From NCBI GenBank assembly GCA_965203485.1, contig OZ241892.1, forward strand, positions 96,001 through 160,000: a stretch of 64,000 nt of DNA. The letters run 5' to 3'. Numbering within the stretch: the stretch's first letter is position 1; every line of letters starts with the position of its first letter. This document shows positions 20,181-30,789 of the stretch, piece after piece. The position numbers and the translations under genes are program-made. The notes beneath the pieces were generated by a model, which worked only from the letters and a program-made list of their open reading frames with translations, did not search any database and was not told where the DNA came from. This DNA is from Longimicrobiales bacterium. Lineage in GTDB: Bacteria; Gemmatimonadota; Gemmatimonadetes; Longimicrobiales; Gaopeijiaceae.

Positions 20181-21278
20181 CTACGGTCCCGAGCCGGTGG
20201 ACCGCGCGCACTCGTCGCGGGCGGCGCCGTCGCTTGCCCGCAACTTGGCCTCGAGCGCGTCCAGCACGGCGTCCACCGACAGGTCGCGCATGCAGTCGAT
20301 GCGGCCGTCGCACGTGAGCTTGCCCCGGCACGGAGAGCAGGCGCGGCCCGAATGCAGGATGGCGGCTTGCGGCCCGGGCGGATCCAAGTACGGCGTGTTG
20401 GAGCCGAAGAGCGCCACGGCCGGGCGGCGGTAGGCGTGCGCCATGTGCGTCATGCCCGTGTCCACGCCGACTAGCGCGGTGCATCGCTCCACGAGGGCCG
20501 CCGCTTCGCCCAGCGTCGTGCGGCCCACGAAGTCGGCGACCCTGCCGTCCACGCCCGCCAAGATGCGGTCGGCCGCGGACCGGTCCGACGGACCGCCCAA
20601 CAGCGCCACCGGCAACCCCGTTCTGCCGGGCACGCGCTCGATCAGTGCCGACCACCGATCCTCGAACCAGTGCTTGTAGAAGCGCGTCGTGAACGGGCAG
20701 GCCGCCACGAACCCGCCCTCCAGTCCCTCGCGCGCCGACAGACGTTCGGCGGCGACCCGCTCGTCCGGTCCTCGCGGAATCTCCAGCGTGAACTCCGATG
20801 CGTCCAAGCCCAGCGCCTCGGCGAAGCGCGCGTTCGCCGCCGCCATGACCCGCGAATCGTCCGCCTTCACGACCCGCGTCATCAGCAAGCCCGATCCTTC
20901 CTTCGAGTTCAGTCCGATCCGGGCGCCCGCGCCCGAAAGGAACGCGACGGCGCCGCTGCGCAGCAGGCCCTGCGCGTCCAGCGCCACGTCGAATCGGGCC
21001 GCTCGCAGGCCGTCGGCGAAGTCGAGCGCCGCATGGACGAGCGCGACCCACCGTCCCTTTCGGAGCATTTGTTTCCAGGACGCGCGTTCCCAAACGATCA
21101 CCGTGTCGAGATGGGGATTGTGCCGGATCATCTCGGCAGTTCGCTCTTCGGCGATCCAGGCCAGGTGCGCGCGGGGGAAGGCGCGTCGCAACGCCCCGGC
21201 CAACGGGGACGCGAGCACGACGTCGCCCCGGGCCGACAGGCGCACGACGAGGATCTTCTGGGCGGAGCGGGGGATCAT
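20181..21278 (-). CDS. Glycosyltransferase family 9 (LPS heptosyltransferase)
   Basis: ILVVRLSARGDVV, DAQGLLRS, GVDTGMTHMA, ALFG. Confidence 0.88.
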   Translation of the reverse strand: MIPRSAQKILVVRLSARGDVVLASPLAGALRRAFPRAHLAWIAEERTAEMIRHNPHLDTVIVWERASWKQMLRKGRWVALVHAALDFADGLRAARFDVALDAQGLLRSGAVAFLSGAGARIGLNSKEGSGLLMTRVVKADDSRVMAAANARFAEALGLDASEFTLEIPRGPDERVAAERLSAREGLEGGFVAACPFTTRFYKHWFEDRWSALIERVPGRTGLPVALLGGPSDRSAADRILAGVDGRVADFVGRTTLGEAAALVERCTALVGVDTGMTHMAHAYRRPAVALFGSNTPYLDPPGPQAAILHSGRACSPCRGKLTCDGRIDCMRDLSVDAVLDALEAKLRASDGAARDECARSTGSGP

Positions 21279-21734
21279 CGTTCTCCGCCGCCGGGCGCGG
21301 GTGGAAGGCGGGCGGCTTCGCTTCGCGCGGGCGGGCGACCGTGGCGAGGGCCGGCTTCGCGGGCGGGCGCTGGAGGACGCCTCAGGACGGCGAGGCCCGA
21401 CGCGGCGCGGTGGCCGGCTCCGCGGGCGGACGCAACCGAAACGGGGGTTGCGGGTGGCGGCGGACCGCGCAGTCCAGTTGCGTCTTGTGCGCGCGCAAGC
21501 TGGAGGATCGGCGTCATGAGGACTAGAGTATACGAAGCCCGGCGGCGGCGGCAACGCGGCTTGGCCACGATGCGCGCCGGGTTCTTCGCGGCGCGCGTGG
21601 CCGGTCGGCCCGAAGCGCGGGAAGCGTCGGCCGGTCCCATTAGCCGGAGGCGACTCGTGGGACAGGAAGATGCGACGGGCGGACGGCGGGTGCGCCCTCG
21701 GGCGGACGGCTTGCGGCGCTTCGCCGGCGACGCG

Positions 21735-23048
21735 ATGCGCGACTTGGCGTTCGCCGCGGGACTGGCGGGCTACGCTGCCAAGCGGCGGCTGGAGGGCGGC
21801 GGTGCAAGGGGGCGGCGGAACGGCCTGCGGGCGCGCGACGGGACGGCCGCCCAAGTGGCCAGGCGAGCCCCGGGACCGCGCATCCTTCTCCACGGAGTCA
21901 GCGTGGGCGAGGTGGACGCGCTCGTTCCTCTGGCGAGGGGGCTGGCCGGTGCGCCCCAGCGGCCCGACCTCGTGGTGAGCGCCGGGACCGCCACCGGGGT
22001 CCGCCGGGCTCGGGACCTGTACGTGGACTTGGCGCCTGTAGTGCGGTTTCCGCTCGACTTCAGTTGGATGGTGCGGCGCTTTCTGGAATCCGTTCGGCCT
22101 GACCTCGTGCTCCTCGGCGAGCTCGAGCTGTGGCCCTCCTTCATGGCGGAGTGTCGGCGAAGGGGCGTTGCGGTCGGCGTCGTGAACGGTCGGCTCTCGG
22201 AAAAGAGCTTTCGCTCCTACAGGCGGATTCGGCCTCTAGTGCGGCGGATGTTCGCAGATCTGGCCGTTGCGTCGGCCCAGACGGCCCTCTACCGCGAGCG
22301 CTTCGTGGCCTTGGGCGCGGCGCCGGAGCGGACCGTCGTGGGCGGCAGCCTCAAGTGGGACGCGGCGCGGCGGAGGCCGGACCGGGAGGCCGCCGAAGCG
22401 CTCGCGCGCGACCTGGGGATCGACGGGGGACGGCCGCTGGTCGTGGCCGGCTCCACCGGTCCGGGAGAAGAGGAGGCGATCGTGCGCAGTCGTCCGCCCG
22501 GGTGCCAGCTGCTCCTGGCGCCCCGCAGCCAAGACCGCTGGGACGAGGTCGCCGCGCGGATTCCGGGCGTGATCCGGCGCAGCCGTCCCGGAAACCGCCG
22601 GCCCGGCTCCGGCAGTTCGCATGTCTTCCTTCTGGACACGATTGGAGAGCTGTCGCTGGCCTACTTGCTGGCCGACGCGGCGTTCGTGGGGCGAAGCCTG
22701 GGGCCGATGGGCGGCTCGAATCCGTTGGAGCCGGTGGCGCTGGGGACGCCCACGGTGACCGGACCGCACCACGAGAACTTCGACGAGATCGTAGCGCGTT
22801 TGGTGGCCGGCGGCGGCCTGGCGGTGAGCCGGGAGCCGATGACCGTCGTGGCCCGTTGGCTTGCCGATCCAGTTGCGGCCGACCGGGCCGCGAGGGCCGG
22901 CATGGAAGTGGTGAAGCGGAACCGCGGCGTCGCGGAGAGCACCGCGCGCATGGCCCTGGATCTCGTGGGCGAGTGCGGTCGACCCGTTGCGGAGCCGGGA
23001 CCGGCCGGTCCGCTTCCTCTGGCGTCGGCGTCTCGGGCGCCCGGTTGA
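21735..23048 (+). CDS. waaA: Kdo transferase; start uncertain (21516 or 21735)
   Basis: HGVSVGE, ELELWP, NGRLSEKS, SLKWD, AGST, DTIGEL, GGSNPLEP. Confidence 0.88.
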   Translation: MRDLAFAAGLAGYAAKRRLEGGGARGRRNGLRARDGTAAQVARRAPGPRILLHGVSVGEVDALVPLARGLAGAPQRPDLVVSAGTATGVRRARDLYVDLAPVVRFPLDFSWMVRRFLESVRPDLVLLGELELWPSFMAECRRRGVAVGVVNGRLSEKSFRSYRRIRPLVRRMFADLAVASAQTALYRERFVALGAAPERTVVGGSLKWDAARRRPDREAAEALARDLGIDGGRPLVVAGSTGPGEEEAIVRSRPPGCQLLLAPRSQDRWDEVAARIPGVIRRSRPGNRRPGSGSSHVFLLDTIGELSLAYLLADAAFVGRSLGPMGGSNPLEPVALGTPTVTGPHHENFDEIVARLVAGGGLAVSREPMTVVARWLADPVAADRAARAGMEVVKRNRGVAESTARMALDLVGECGRPVAEPGPAGPLPLASASRAPG

Positions 23049-23403
23049 CCCGACGCGGAGGCGATCGCTACCGTGCTGCCGGGCGGTTCGATCGATCCCG
23101 ACCGAGCCGCGAAGCGTGGACGCGAACCCTGGAAGGCGCCTTCGCCGTAGTTGCGACCGAGTGCGGCAGTCACGAGCGCTCGCCGCGGCTGGCGCAGGCC
23201 CGTTCGTGTGCGAATCGATTCCAGAGAAGGGAGGCCCCGCCGATGAGCTTGATCCTCCGACGCGTTCTGCGGCTGGTCTTGGACTGGCTCCGGTCCAAGA
23301 TATAGTTGTCGGCTTGCGGCGCGGCCGGCCTAGCGCGGGGTTCCGGGGCGGCGGACGTCTGGCCGCCGCCGCGGGGTCCCACCGGCCTCGAGCGACGGTC
23401 GGC

Positions 23404-23913
23404 CTAGCGGTTCTCCTGCTCGGCGCCGTGCTCGCGGCCTTCGCGCTGGGCGCCGTGCTCGTCGGCCTCGCCTTCGGCGCCGTGTTCGTCGGCCTCGTGC
23501 TCCGTCCCATGTTCGCCTTCGCCCACTTCGGCGTGCGCGCTCCACGTCTCGAACGCATCCTCGGAGCCCGGCAGGTTCACGTCCGCCTTCTCCCCCGGGG
23601 CCAAGTCCACGGGAGCGGTCGGCCCGAGTTCCGTGCCGTTCGACAGGTGCACCTCGACGCGCACCTGGGACAGAACCGTATCGATCACGTTCTCGACGGT
23701 TCCCACGAAGGCGTTGGCCTGCACGTCGTAGGACAGGATCAAGCGCGAGCCCGCCCGCTCTTGGTCGTACGCGTCGTCCTGCGACAGGCGGAGCGTCTCC
23801 TCCTCGCCTTCCGTCGTGTTCTCGGCCTCGTTCGGCTGCGCCTGCTCGGCTTGCTGGGCGTTGCAGGCGGCGAGCAGCGAGATCGTCAAGCCGGCCAGCA
23901 GGGTCTTGGTCAT
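23404..23913 (-). CDS. Hypothetical lipoprotein with His/Glu-rich repeated tail
   Basis: LLAAC lipobox; four EHG units at the C-terminus. Confidence 0.75.
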   Translation of the reverse strand: MTKTLLAGLTISLLAACNAQQAEQAQPNEAENTTEGEEETLRLSQDDAYDQERAGSRLILSYDVQANAFVGTVENVIDTVLSQVRVEVHLSNGTELGPTAPVDLAPGEKADVNLPGSEDAFETWSAHAEVGEGEHGTEHEADEHGAEGEADEHGAQREGREHGAEQENR

Positions 23914-24272
23914 GTTGGGAAGCTCCCGCGTTCAATGGTGGACGGCCAGCATCTTCGGGCCATGCCGGCTCTGGCGTCAACCAAAGGAAGGGCCCGCGCC
24001 GCGCATCGGTCAAGTCCTCGGCCGTCCGGGCGGACATGCGGCCGCCGACCGCTGCGGGGATCGCCATCCTCGCGCGCGAAACTGCATACTTGCCTCCAAA
24101 ACGCATATATTGCGTAGTCGTTGACGGTGGCCAATAGTCGGCACATCGATCGAAGGAGAAGGCTCGCCGCTTGGCCGGCGCCGGAGAGGCGAGCATCCGT
24201 GACCGTGACCGGCGCCGGACCTGACCAGCGGCCCGTTGACGCTGGCCGAGAGCGTCGGACAGGCGAGCGACC

Positions 24273-25310
24273 ATGATCAAGACCGCCCTCCCGCCAGTGC
24301 TGGTGCTGAGCACGGGACGATGCGGCTCCACCATGCTTTCGGAGATTCTGAACACCCACCCGCGCGTGCTCAGCTTGTCCGAGACCTTCACGACGGTGGG
24401 GCAGGGGCCGTTCCGTCGCCGCCGGTGCGGTGGACAGCGCATTTGGCGGGCGTTCAGCCGCCAATCGAAGTGGCTGCACGAGGGACTGCAGGCCGGCTAC
24501 GAGGAGGTGCTGTATCCTTTCGGCTCGCCCGGCGCGCGCTACACGCGGAGCGACGTCCCTCCGCTGGCGTGCACCATGTTGCCTCACCTCACGAACGAGT
24601 GCGACGCCCTGTTCGACGAGTTGGCGCAGGTTGTGCCGGCATGGCCGCGGCGACGCCCCAGCGAGCACTTCCGCGAACTCTTCGAATGGTTGCGCCGACG
24701 GTTCGATCGAGACGTGTGGGTGGAGCGGTCCGGCGCGTCGCTGCTGCTGGCGTCCCGGCTCAGGCGCGACTACCCGGACGCCCGCATCGTCCATATGTAT
24801 CGGGACGGACGGGACACGGCGCTTTCGATGCGCAACCATTACGTCTTCTCCACGTTGGTGGCCACCACTCGCGCAGTGCGGTCAGCGGGCATCGATGCCG
24901 CGCGTTCGATCGCGAGGAGCCGGCACTGGAACCGCGTCAGCCCTTGGATCGAGTGGCTCGGCGGCGCCCTCCTGCCGCCCAAGCGATTGCCCTACGGCAA
25001 GTTGACGCTCGGCGACTACGGGCGTTTTTGGAGCGCGATGGTCGAGCGCAGCCGCTGGGTGCTGGCGGACTTGCCCCCCGAAGCGCTTCTGAACGTGAAG
25101 CTGGAGGACGTGCAGGCCGAGCCGGAGGCGCAGGTCCGCCGCCTGATCCGCTTCGTGGCTCCGGAGCTGGAGGACGACGAATGGGTGCGCGCCGCGTCCG
25201 CGATTCCCCGGCCCACCGTCTCTCGGTTCGGCGACCTGGACCCGGCGGAACAAGCGGAGCTGGCCCAAGCCTGCCGTCCCGGACTGGAAATCCTGGGTTA
25301 TCCGCTGTGA
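24273..25310 (+). CDS. Sulfotransferase family protein
   Basis: PAPS-binding loop STGRCGSTML and RDGRDTALS. Confidence 0.8.
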   Translation: MIKTALPPVLVLSTGRCGSTMLSEILNTHPRVLSLSETFTTVGQGPFRRRRCGGQRIWRAFSRQSKWLHEGLQAGYEEVLYPFGSPGARYTRSDVPPLACTMLPHLTNECDALFDELAQVVPAWPRRRPSEHFRELFEWLRRRFDRDVWVERSGASLLLASRLRRDYPDARIVHMYRDGRDTALSMRNHYVFSTLVATTRAVRSAGIDAARSIARSRHWNRVSPWIEWLGGALLPPKRLPYGKLTLGDYGRFWSAMVERSRWVLADLPPEALLNVKLEDVQAEPEAQVRRLIRFVAPELEDDEWVRAASAIPRPTVSRFGDLDPAEQAELAQACRPGLEILGYPL

Positions 25311-25348
25311 GACCGATTCCGGCGCAGCGAGGAGAAGCAACCCTGTCC

Positions 25349-26515
25349 ATGCCTACGGCCTACGAGCCGGGATACGACAAGGCCCGCCTTCTGAACAAAC
25401 GTCTGGCCGACAACTACGTCCGTCACACGGTCATTGGCGACCCCTTGGCGGACGCCGCCGTGGAGGCGCTCGCCCAATATGACCAACAAGAGGCGCACCG
25501 CGTGATCGCCGCGGGAATGGAGCAGCGCGACGACGTGCTTTCCGCCGCTCCGCCTGCGGTGCAGGAATTCTTCGCGAAAGTGTCGCCGCCGCCGCCGTGG
25601 CTGGACCTGCGGGCCTTGGTTCCGGGAATGCGCGCGTACCACCAGTACTCGGACTTGTTCATCGCCGTGCACGTCACGGCCGTGCTCGTCAGCGGCTTCT
25701 CAACAATGATCAGCAAGTCCTTTTTCAGGACCGGCAGGCTCACGGACTACGGCGTTCGGCGCCTTCAGCAGAACAATCGCCACCTGATCGAGATCTGCCT
25801 GCCGGGCGGCTTGGAGCGGCAGGGAGACGGTTGGAAGCTCTCGGTTCGCATTCGCCTCGTGCACGCGCAGATCCGGCGGCTTCTGCGCCAGCCGGGCGAA
25901 TGGGACGAACATCGTGACGGCGTTCCCGTCAGCGCCGCGCACATGGCGTTCGCGTCCGCCGCCTTCTCGTCGTTGCTCGTGGACCAAGTTCGCCGAGTCG
26001 GTGCTCGAATCAGCCAAGAGGAAGCGGAGAGCTTCGTCCAGATATGGCGCTACGTCGCCTGGCTGTTCGGGGTGCCGGAGACGATTCTGTTTCGCGACTT
26101 CGACGACGGGCTCGAGCTCTGCCGCATCGGCTTTCTGTGCGAACCGGAGCCCGACGAGGAATCTGTTCTCATGGCCAACGCCCTGATCAATTCGGCGCCG
26201 CTGATCACCGGAGCCACCGATCCGGAGAAGCGGCAGGCCGTGGCGAAGTTCGTGTATCGCGTCTCCCGGGCGCTCGTCGGCGACGATCTGGCCGACAAGC
26301 TTCGCTTCCCGCCGCAACGGACCACGGGCGTTCTCTTCTTGCTGAAGTGGCAGCACCGTTCGGCGGGCTTCCTGGGCCGCTTGCTGCCCGGCGGCCTGGC
26401 TCGCCGTCGCAACAGCAACTTCATCACGCTGCTCGAACGCAGTTTCTTCGAGCAAGCCGGCATCCCCTACAGATTGCCGGACGCTCTGGACGCCGATCGC
26501 GCCTCGCAATGGTAG
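25349..26515 (+). CDS. MpaB/Lcp-like (DUF2236) heme oxygenase family protein
   Basis: GDPLAD, PPWLD, TGRL, VRIRLVHAQIRR, WRYVAWLFGV. Confidence 0.8.
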   Translation: MPTAYEPGYDKARLLNKRLADNYVRHTVIGDPLADAAVEALAQYDQQEAHRVIAAGMEQRDDVLSAAPPAVQEFFAKVSPPPPWLDLRALVPGMRAYHQYSDLFIAVHVTAVLVSGFSTMISKSFFRTGRLTDYGVRRLQQNNRHLIEICLPGGLERQGDGWKLSVRIRLVHAQIRRLLRQPGEWDEHRDGVPVSAAHMAFASAAFSSLLVDQVRRVGARISQEEAESFVQIWRYVAWLFGVPETILFRDFDDGLELCRIGFLCEPEPDEESVLMANALINSAPLITGATDPEKRQAVAKFVYRVSRALVGDDLADKLRFPPQRTTGVLFLLKWQHRSAGFLGRLLPGGLARRRNSNFITLLERSFFEQAGIPYRLPDALDADRASQW

Positions 26516-27642
26516 GCCAGAGCCGAGCGAAGCGCTTTCACGATCTGGACGCCCTCCGCGCTTTTGCCATGATGCTGGGCGTCGTCCTGCACGCCGCCTT
26601 GTTTCTGCTGCCCGACCCGAAGCCCGACAACGACGTGCCAGCTTGGCCCGCCTACCATCCCTACGCCCACGACACGCCGCCGGTCGCGAATCCGTATTCC
26701 TACCTGCTGTTGCTGATTCATGGCTTCAGGATGCCTCTCTTCTTCATGCTCAGCGGCTTCTTCACGGCCATGCTCTGGCGCAAGCGGGGGCCGCGCGCGC
26801 TGGCCGTGCACCGGCTGAAGCGCATCGTCGTCCCCTTGGTCGTGGGCATGGTCACGGTTGTTCCGACAGTTTCGCTGTTCTACCCCGACAGCCCCTCGAG
26901 CTTCGTCGAGTGGACGACCGCTTGGTCGCGGGACCTCTATCACCTGTGGTTCCTCCTGTACCTGTTGCTGATGGCGGCGGGCTTCCTGGCCTTGGTGCGG
27001 TTGGGCGCGCGATTCCAAAGTCGCCTCTGGTGGTTGCTCATCCCGATGGTGCTGGTTCCCCAGTACGCCATGAGGGAGACCTTCGGCGCCGATGTCCCCT
27101 CCGGGTTCCTGCCGATGCCCGACGCGTTCCTCTACTATGCCTTCTTCTTCCTGTTCGGGGCCGTCTTCCACGAACGCGGCATGACCGTGCGCCGCCGGTG
27201 GACGGCGGTGTTGCCGGTCGCGCTTCTGTTGTTCGCCCCTGGTGTGGCCTTTGCATACCCCGACCAGATCGACGCGCTGAGCGCACATGTCGACACAGCT
27301 TGGTTTCAGGTCGCGTCGGCGGGAATCCAGGCGTCGTTCGCTTGGCTCGCGAGCTTCGGCATGATGGGACTCTTCCAGTGGGTCGCGGGACGCGAGCGCT
27401 ATTGGGTGCGCTACATGTCGGACGCCTCCTACTGGATATATCTGTGGCACCTCCCCCTGATCATCGGAGGCCAGCTCCTCACGACAGCTTGGCGAGTGGG
27501 ACCCCACGCGGCCTACCTGCTGACCTGCGGGGGCGCCACTGGCGTGCTTCTGGTCGCCTACCAGCTAGGCGTGCGCTACACCTTCATCGGCGCCACGCTG
27601 AACGGCCCCCGCCAGCGACGAGGCACGCGGGACGCAGGGTAG
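26509..27642 (+). CDS. Acyltransferase 3 family membrane protein (OpgC/MdoC-like)
   Basis: LDALRAFAMMLGVVLH, FRMPLFFMLSGFF, HLWFL, SYWIYLWH. Confidence 0.88.
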   Translation: MVGQSRAKRFHDLDALRAFAMMLGVVLHAALFLLPDPKPDNDVPAWPAYHPYAHDTPPVANPYSYLLLLIHGFRMPLFFMLSGFFTAMLWRKRGPRALAVHRLKRIVVPLVVGMVTVVPTVSLFYPDSPSSFVEWTTAWSRDLYHLWFLLYLLLMAAGFLALVRLGARFQSRLWWLLIPMVLVPQYAMRETFGADVPSGFLPMPDAFLYYAFFFLFGAVFHERGMTVRRRWTAVLPVALLLFAPGVAFAYPDQIDALSAHVDTAWFQVASAGIQASFAWLASFGMMGLFQWVAGRERYWVRYMSDASYWIYLWHLPLIIGGQLLTTAWRVGPHAAYLLTCGGATGVLLVAYQLGVRYTFIGATLNGPRQRRGTRDAG

Positions 27643-27889
27643 GGCCGGCGCGGACGTGGGCTTGCCGGGCGCAGGCGAGGACCTGGGCCGTCCAGCTCCG
27701 GCCGGCCGTCGGCGAGGGCTCCCGGCCACCCCGCGGCGGCGACCGCAGCGGCTCTCGCCCCTGTCGTCGTCGGCGAAACGCCGGCTTGCAACGCGCTGGC
27801 CGGTTTCTGCGTATTGTTTCTGGCGAACGGCGCCGAAGCGCGAAGGTGGCCCGGAGCCGCTGGCGGTCCGGCCGAACAGGAGAACGAGG

Positions 27890-28276
27890 ATGAAGATCAA
27901 GGAAGAGTTTCACAAGTACTTGCCCGAGCAGGAGCAACGGTGCGCGGCGATCATTCATGGGGCGTCGGTGGCCGCTGGAGGCGCAGCCGCGGTGGCAGTG
28001 GTGCCTGGGTCCGACTTCGTTGCGATTGCGCCGATTCAGGTTGGGATGATCGTCGCGCTGGCGGACGAGTTCGGAGTGCCCTTCTCGGACTCCGGCGTCA
28101 AGTCGGCCCTCTACGCTGGTCTGGGTCGGATCGTCGGCCGCGGCGGCGTCGGCCTGCTGCTGCGGTGGTTGCCGGGCTACGGGAGCGTGGTGCGGGCCGG
28201 GGTGGCGGCGAGCGTCACGGAGGCGCTGGGGTGGACGGTGGTCAAGAAGCTGAAGTCCCAAGGCAAGGTGCTGTAG
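27890..28276 (+). CDS. DUF697/YcjF-like small protein
   Basis: IIH.AS.AAG, PGSD...IAPIQ.GMI..LA..FG; AGGAG RBS. Confidence 0.65.
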   Translation: MKIKEEFHKYLPEQEQRCAAIIHGASVAAGGAAAVAVVPGSDFVAIAPIQVGMIVALADEFGVPFSDSGVKSALYAGLGRIVGRGGVGLLLRWLPGYGSVVRAGVAASVTEALGWTVVKKLKSQGKVL

Positions 28277-28318
28277 CGCGCGCGGACGGACGCATTACGA
28301 CGCGCCCGCGGGGTGCGT

Positions 28319-29734
28319 TCAGTGCGCCGCGTACGCCAGCCCGGCCATGAAGACTACGGCCTCGCCGGCGTCGGACTTGCGCCAGCCGCCGGAGACCGAA
28401 GCTTCCACCGCCCCCAGCGACACGATGCCGCCGCCGCCGAACTCGAAGCCGCCGGAGACCGCTGCGCCCCCGAGGTTCAGGCTCACGGCCGGCGAGGCCA
28501 GCCATTCGGCGCCGCCGCCCGCCGAGAACTTGGGGCCCGCGCGCATTCCGTCTCCGAGGTGCCCTCGCGCGTCCGCCGACAAGCGAACGCTGGGACTGAT
28601 GCGGTACGCGGCCGCGGCCGAGACGCTGGGCATGAAGGTCATGTCCGCCCAGCGTCGGGCCAGGGCCGCGGGCGCCAGCGGCACGGCCGCGACCGCCAGG
28701 TCGGTGTCGAACTCGCCGCCCCGCAGCTCGGCGACGACCGGGCGGTACTTCGCCGCGCCGTCGTCCCAGGCGAACGTGTTGAAGACGTTCTGCACCGCCA
28801 CGCCCCCGGCGAACGAACCGGACTCGTACTGGAAGCCGAGGTCCAGGCCGAAACCGGCGCCCACGTTGCCGCCCGTCGCGTAGGCGATCGGAGACCTCAC
28901 GGACACGACCAGCGGCGACGCGGACGACTGGGCACGGTCGGCGTCGAGCAGCAAGCCCGCGTGTCCCATGGAGTACTTGACCGCGGCGCCGAAGGCGGCG
29001 TCGCCGTTGCCCGCGGCGAAGGGGAGCGCGTAGGCCAAGCCCGCCGTCGAGACGGCCCATGCGTCGGCCTCCGACGGCTCCGCGCGGATGTCGCTCGGCG
29101 ACCCGGTTCGGCCCGCGTTGCCGTAGAGGGCCAGTTCGAGCAGGCTCGGATCCACATCCATCCGCGACGCCCCCTGCGTCGAGACTTGGAAGCCGAACTG
29201 TCCCACCGAGAACGCGGCCCACGTCACCGCCGCGCCCAGCGGGCCGCTCTGGCCGCCGTCCGCCGAGACGCGCTCCAGCCAGTCCTCCTTCGTGCTTGCG
29301 GCCAATGTCTTGCCACCGGCGCGGGCCAAGTCCGCGAGCCCGATGGGGCCGATACCGTTCTCGATCACGAGAGGCGCGATCGACAGGGACCACCTCGGCG
29401 CTCCCGGCATTGCCAGCCCGGCCGGATTGGCGGCGACCGCCGCGAACCCGCGCACCAAGGCCGCCCCGCCGCCTCCCACGAAGTGCGCCCGGCCGCCGGC
29501 CGCCGCCAACTGCGCACCCGCCGCCTGTCCCGCCGTCGGCCCGGCCAAGGCCATGGCGGCGAAGCACGCAATCCTCGCCCAGGCCGCCGGACAGGCCCGC
29601 CGCTCCGTTCCGCCCGGCCCCCGGCGCATTGCCGCGCATCTCCGCATCGCCCGCCCGGCCAGGGCCACGCGGGCCCCGGTCCCGCGCACCCGCCGAACCG
29701 CTGCCGCGCATCTCCGCATCGCCCGCCCCGTCAT
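28319..29734 (-). CDS. Putative outer-membrane beta-barrel protein
   Basis: NPAGL, GFGLDLG, amphipathic strands and a terminal aromatic residue; ATGA overlap with the upstream gene. Confidence 0.6.
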   Translation of the reverse strand: MTGRAMRRCAAAVRRVRGTGARVALAGRAMRRCAAMRRGPGGTERRACPAAWARIACFAAMALAGPTAGQAAGAQLAAAGGRAHFVGGGGAALVRGFAAVAANPAGLAMPGAPRWSLSIAPLVIENGIGPIGLADLARAGGKTLAASTKEDWLERVSADGGQSGPLGAAVTWAAFSVGQFGFQVSTQGASRMDVDPSLLELALYGNAGRTGSPSDIRAEPSEADAWAVSTAGLAYALPFAAGNGDAAFGAAVKYSMGHAGLLLDADRAQSSASPLVVSVRSPIAYATGGNVGAGFGLDLGFQYESGSFAGGVAVQNVFNTFAWDDGAAKYRPVVAELRGGEFDTDLAVAAVPLAPAALARRWADMTFMPSVSAAAAYRISPSVRLSADARGHLGDGMRAGPKFSAGGGAEWLASPAVSLNLGGAAVSGGFEFGGGGIVSLGAVEASVSGGWRKSDAGEAVVFMAGLAYAAH

Positions 29735-30789
29735 CCTCCGACCCTCAGCGTCAGGTCCACCTTGCCATTGATCTCGACTTCCATGCCCGGAGCAACCACG
29801 ATGCCGCCGACGGGCGAAGTCACGATTCCCGATCCCGAAAGCCGGACGCCGGACTGTCCCAGGAACGACCGAAACTCTTCGGGAGTCAGCTCCAGCGACA
29901 CGGTGGAGTTCTCGGCTTCGCCAATCGTGAAGCCCTTGCTGACCACGATCTCGCCGTACTTGAGGATCCGCATCGTCGCCTGGAGGCCGGTGCGGAACGA
30001 ATTGGCGACGTCGAGCACGATCGCGCCCGACTGAATCCGGTCCACGATGCCGCCGTCGACCCCTTCGACGCCGATCTCCGCGGGCACGATCCGCACGCGC
30101 CGCCCGACGACGTCGACGTGGGCGGACGACATCCTCACGTCCACCGGACGAACCGTCGCCAAGAACCGGTCCGAGCGCTGGAGCGGCACTCGGTGCTCGG
30201 TGTCCCGTCCACCGGCCGGCGACTCGATTTCAATGGCCATGGTGAGCTGGTCCGCGATCGTCCCCGGGGCGAGCGCGATCGTGCGTCGGGCCAAGCGCAC
30301 CGGCGGGAGCGAATCCGTCGCTCCGTTCAGCGTCAAACGGCCGACTTCGCGCCCGCCCGCCTCGGCAAGCGTGGCCGTCAGCCGCCCCGGGGAGCCTCCG
30401 GGCGGCCGCAGCGGGTCGAACCCGAAGTTGTGCTGCATCCGCAACTCTACGCTGCCCGATGCCAGCTCGGCGTTGCCCAGGTCGGGCGGCAACTCGGCGG
30501 CGGCCGTGATGGAGCCGGTGAACGCCGGTTTGGGCGCTGGCGTGCCGTCCGTGGCGGGGCACTCGGGGCACAAGGCGGCCAAGCTCGACTCTTCGGTCAC
30601 CGGGTCGATCTCGACGACGAAGGCGTCCCCGCTGGCCGTGACGCCTGGCGGCAAGAGACCGTCGACGCCGATGGTGGTGGACTTCACCTCCAGGATCCAG
30701 CGGCTGTCCACGACCGGCAAGTCGGTCGGCACGGAGCACGCGCCCAAGAGTCCGCAGGCCAGGACGGATGTCGCGGTTCTCGTGTTCAT
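29731..30789 (-). CDS. Hypothetical lipoprotein
   Basis: LLGAC lipobox and [10 protein letters not shown] overlap with acs. Confidence 0.7.
   Translation of the reverse strand: MNTRTATSVLACGLLGACSVPTDLPVVDSRWILEVKSTTIGVDGLLPPGVTASGDAFVVEIDPVTEESSLAALCPECPATDGTPAPKPAFTGSITAAAELPPDLGNAELASGSVELRMQHNFGFDPLRPPGGSPGRLTATLAEAGGREVGRLTLNGATDSLPPVRLARRTIALAPGTIADQLTMAIEIESPAGGRDTEHRVPLQRSDRFLATVRPVDVRMSSAHVDVVGRRVRIVPAEIGVEGVDGGIVDRIQSGAIVLDVANSFRTGLQATMRILKYGEIVVSKGFTIGEAENSTVSLELTPEEFRSFLGQSGVRLSGSGIVTSPVGGIVVAPGMEVEINGKVDLTLRVGG

Noticed and set aside
29630..29728. 27-bp direct repeat TGCCGCGCATCTCCGCATCGCCCGCCC at 29630 and 29702, spaced like a CRISPR unit
   Set aside because: Only two copies, unrelated to the array repeat, in frame within a gene's 5' end; a local duplication.
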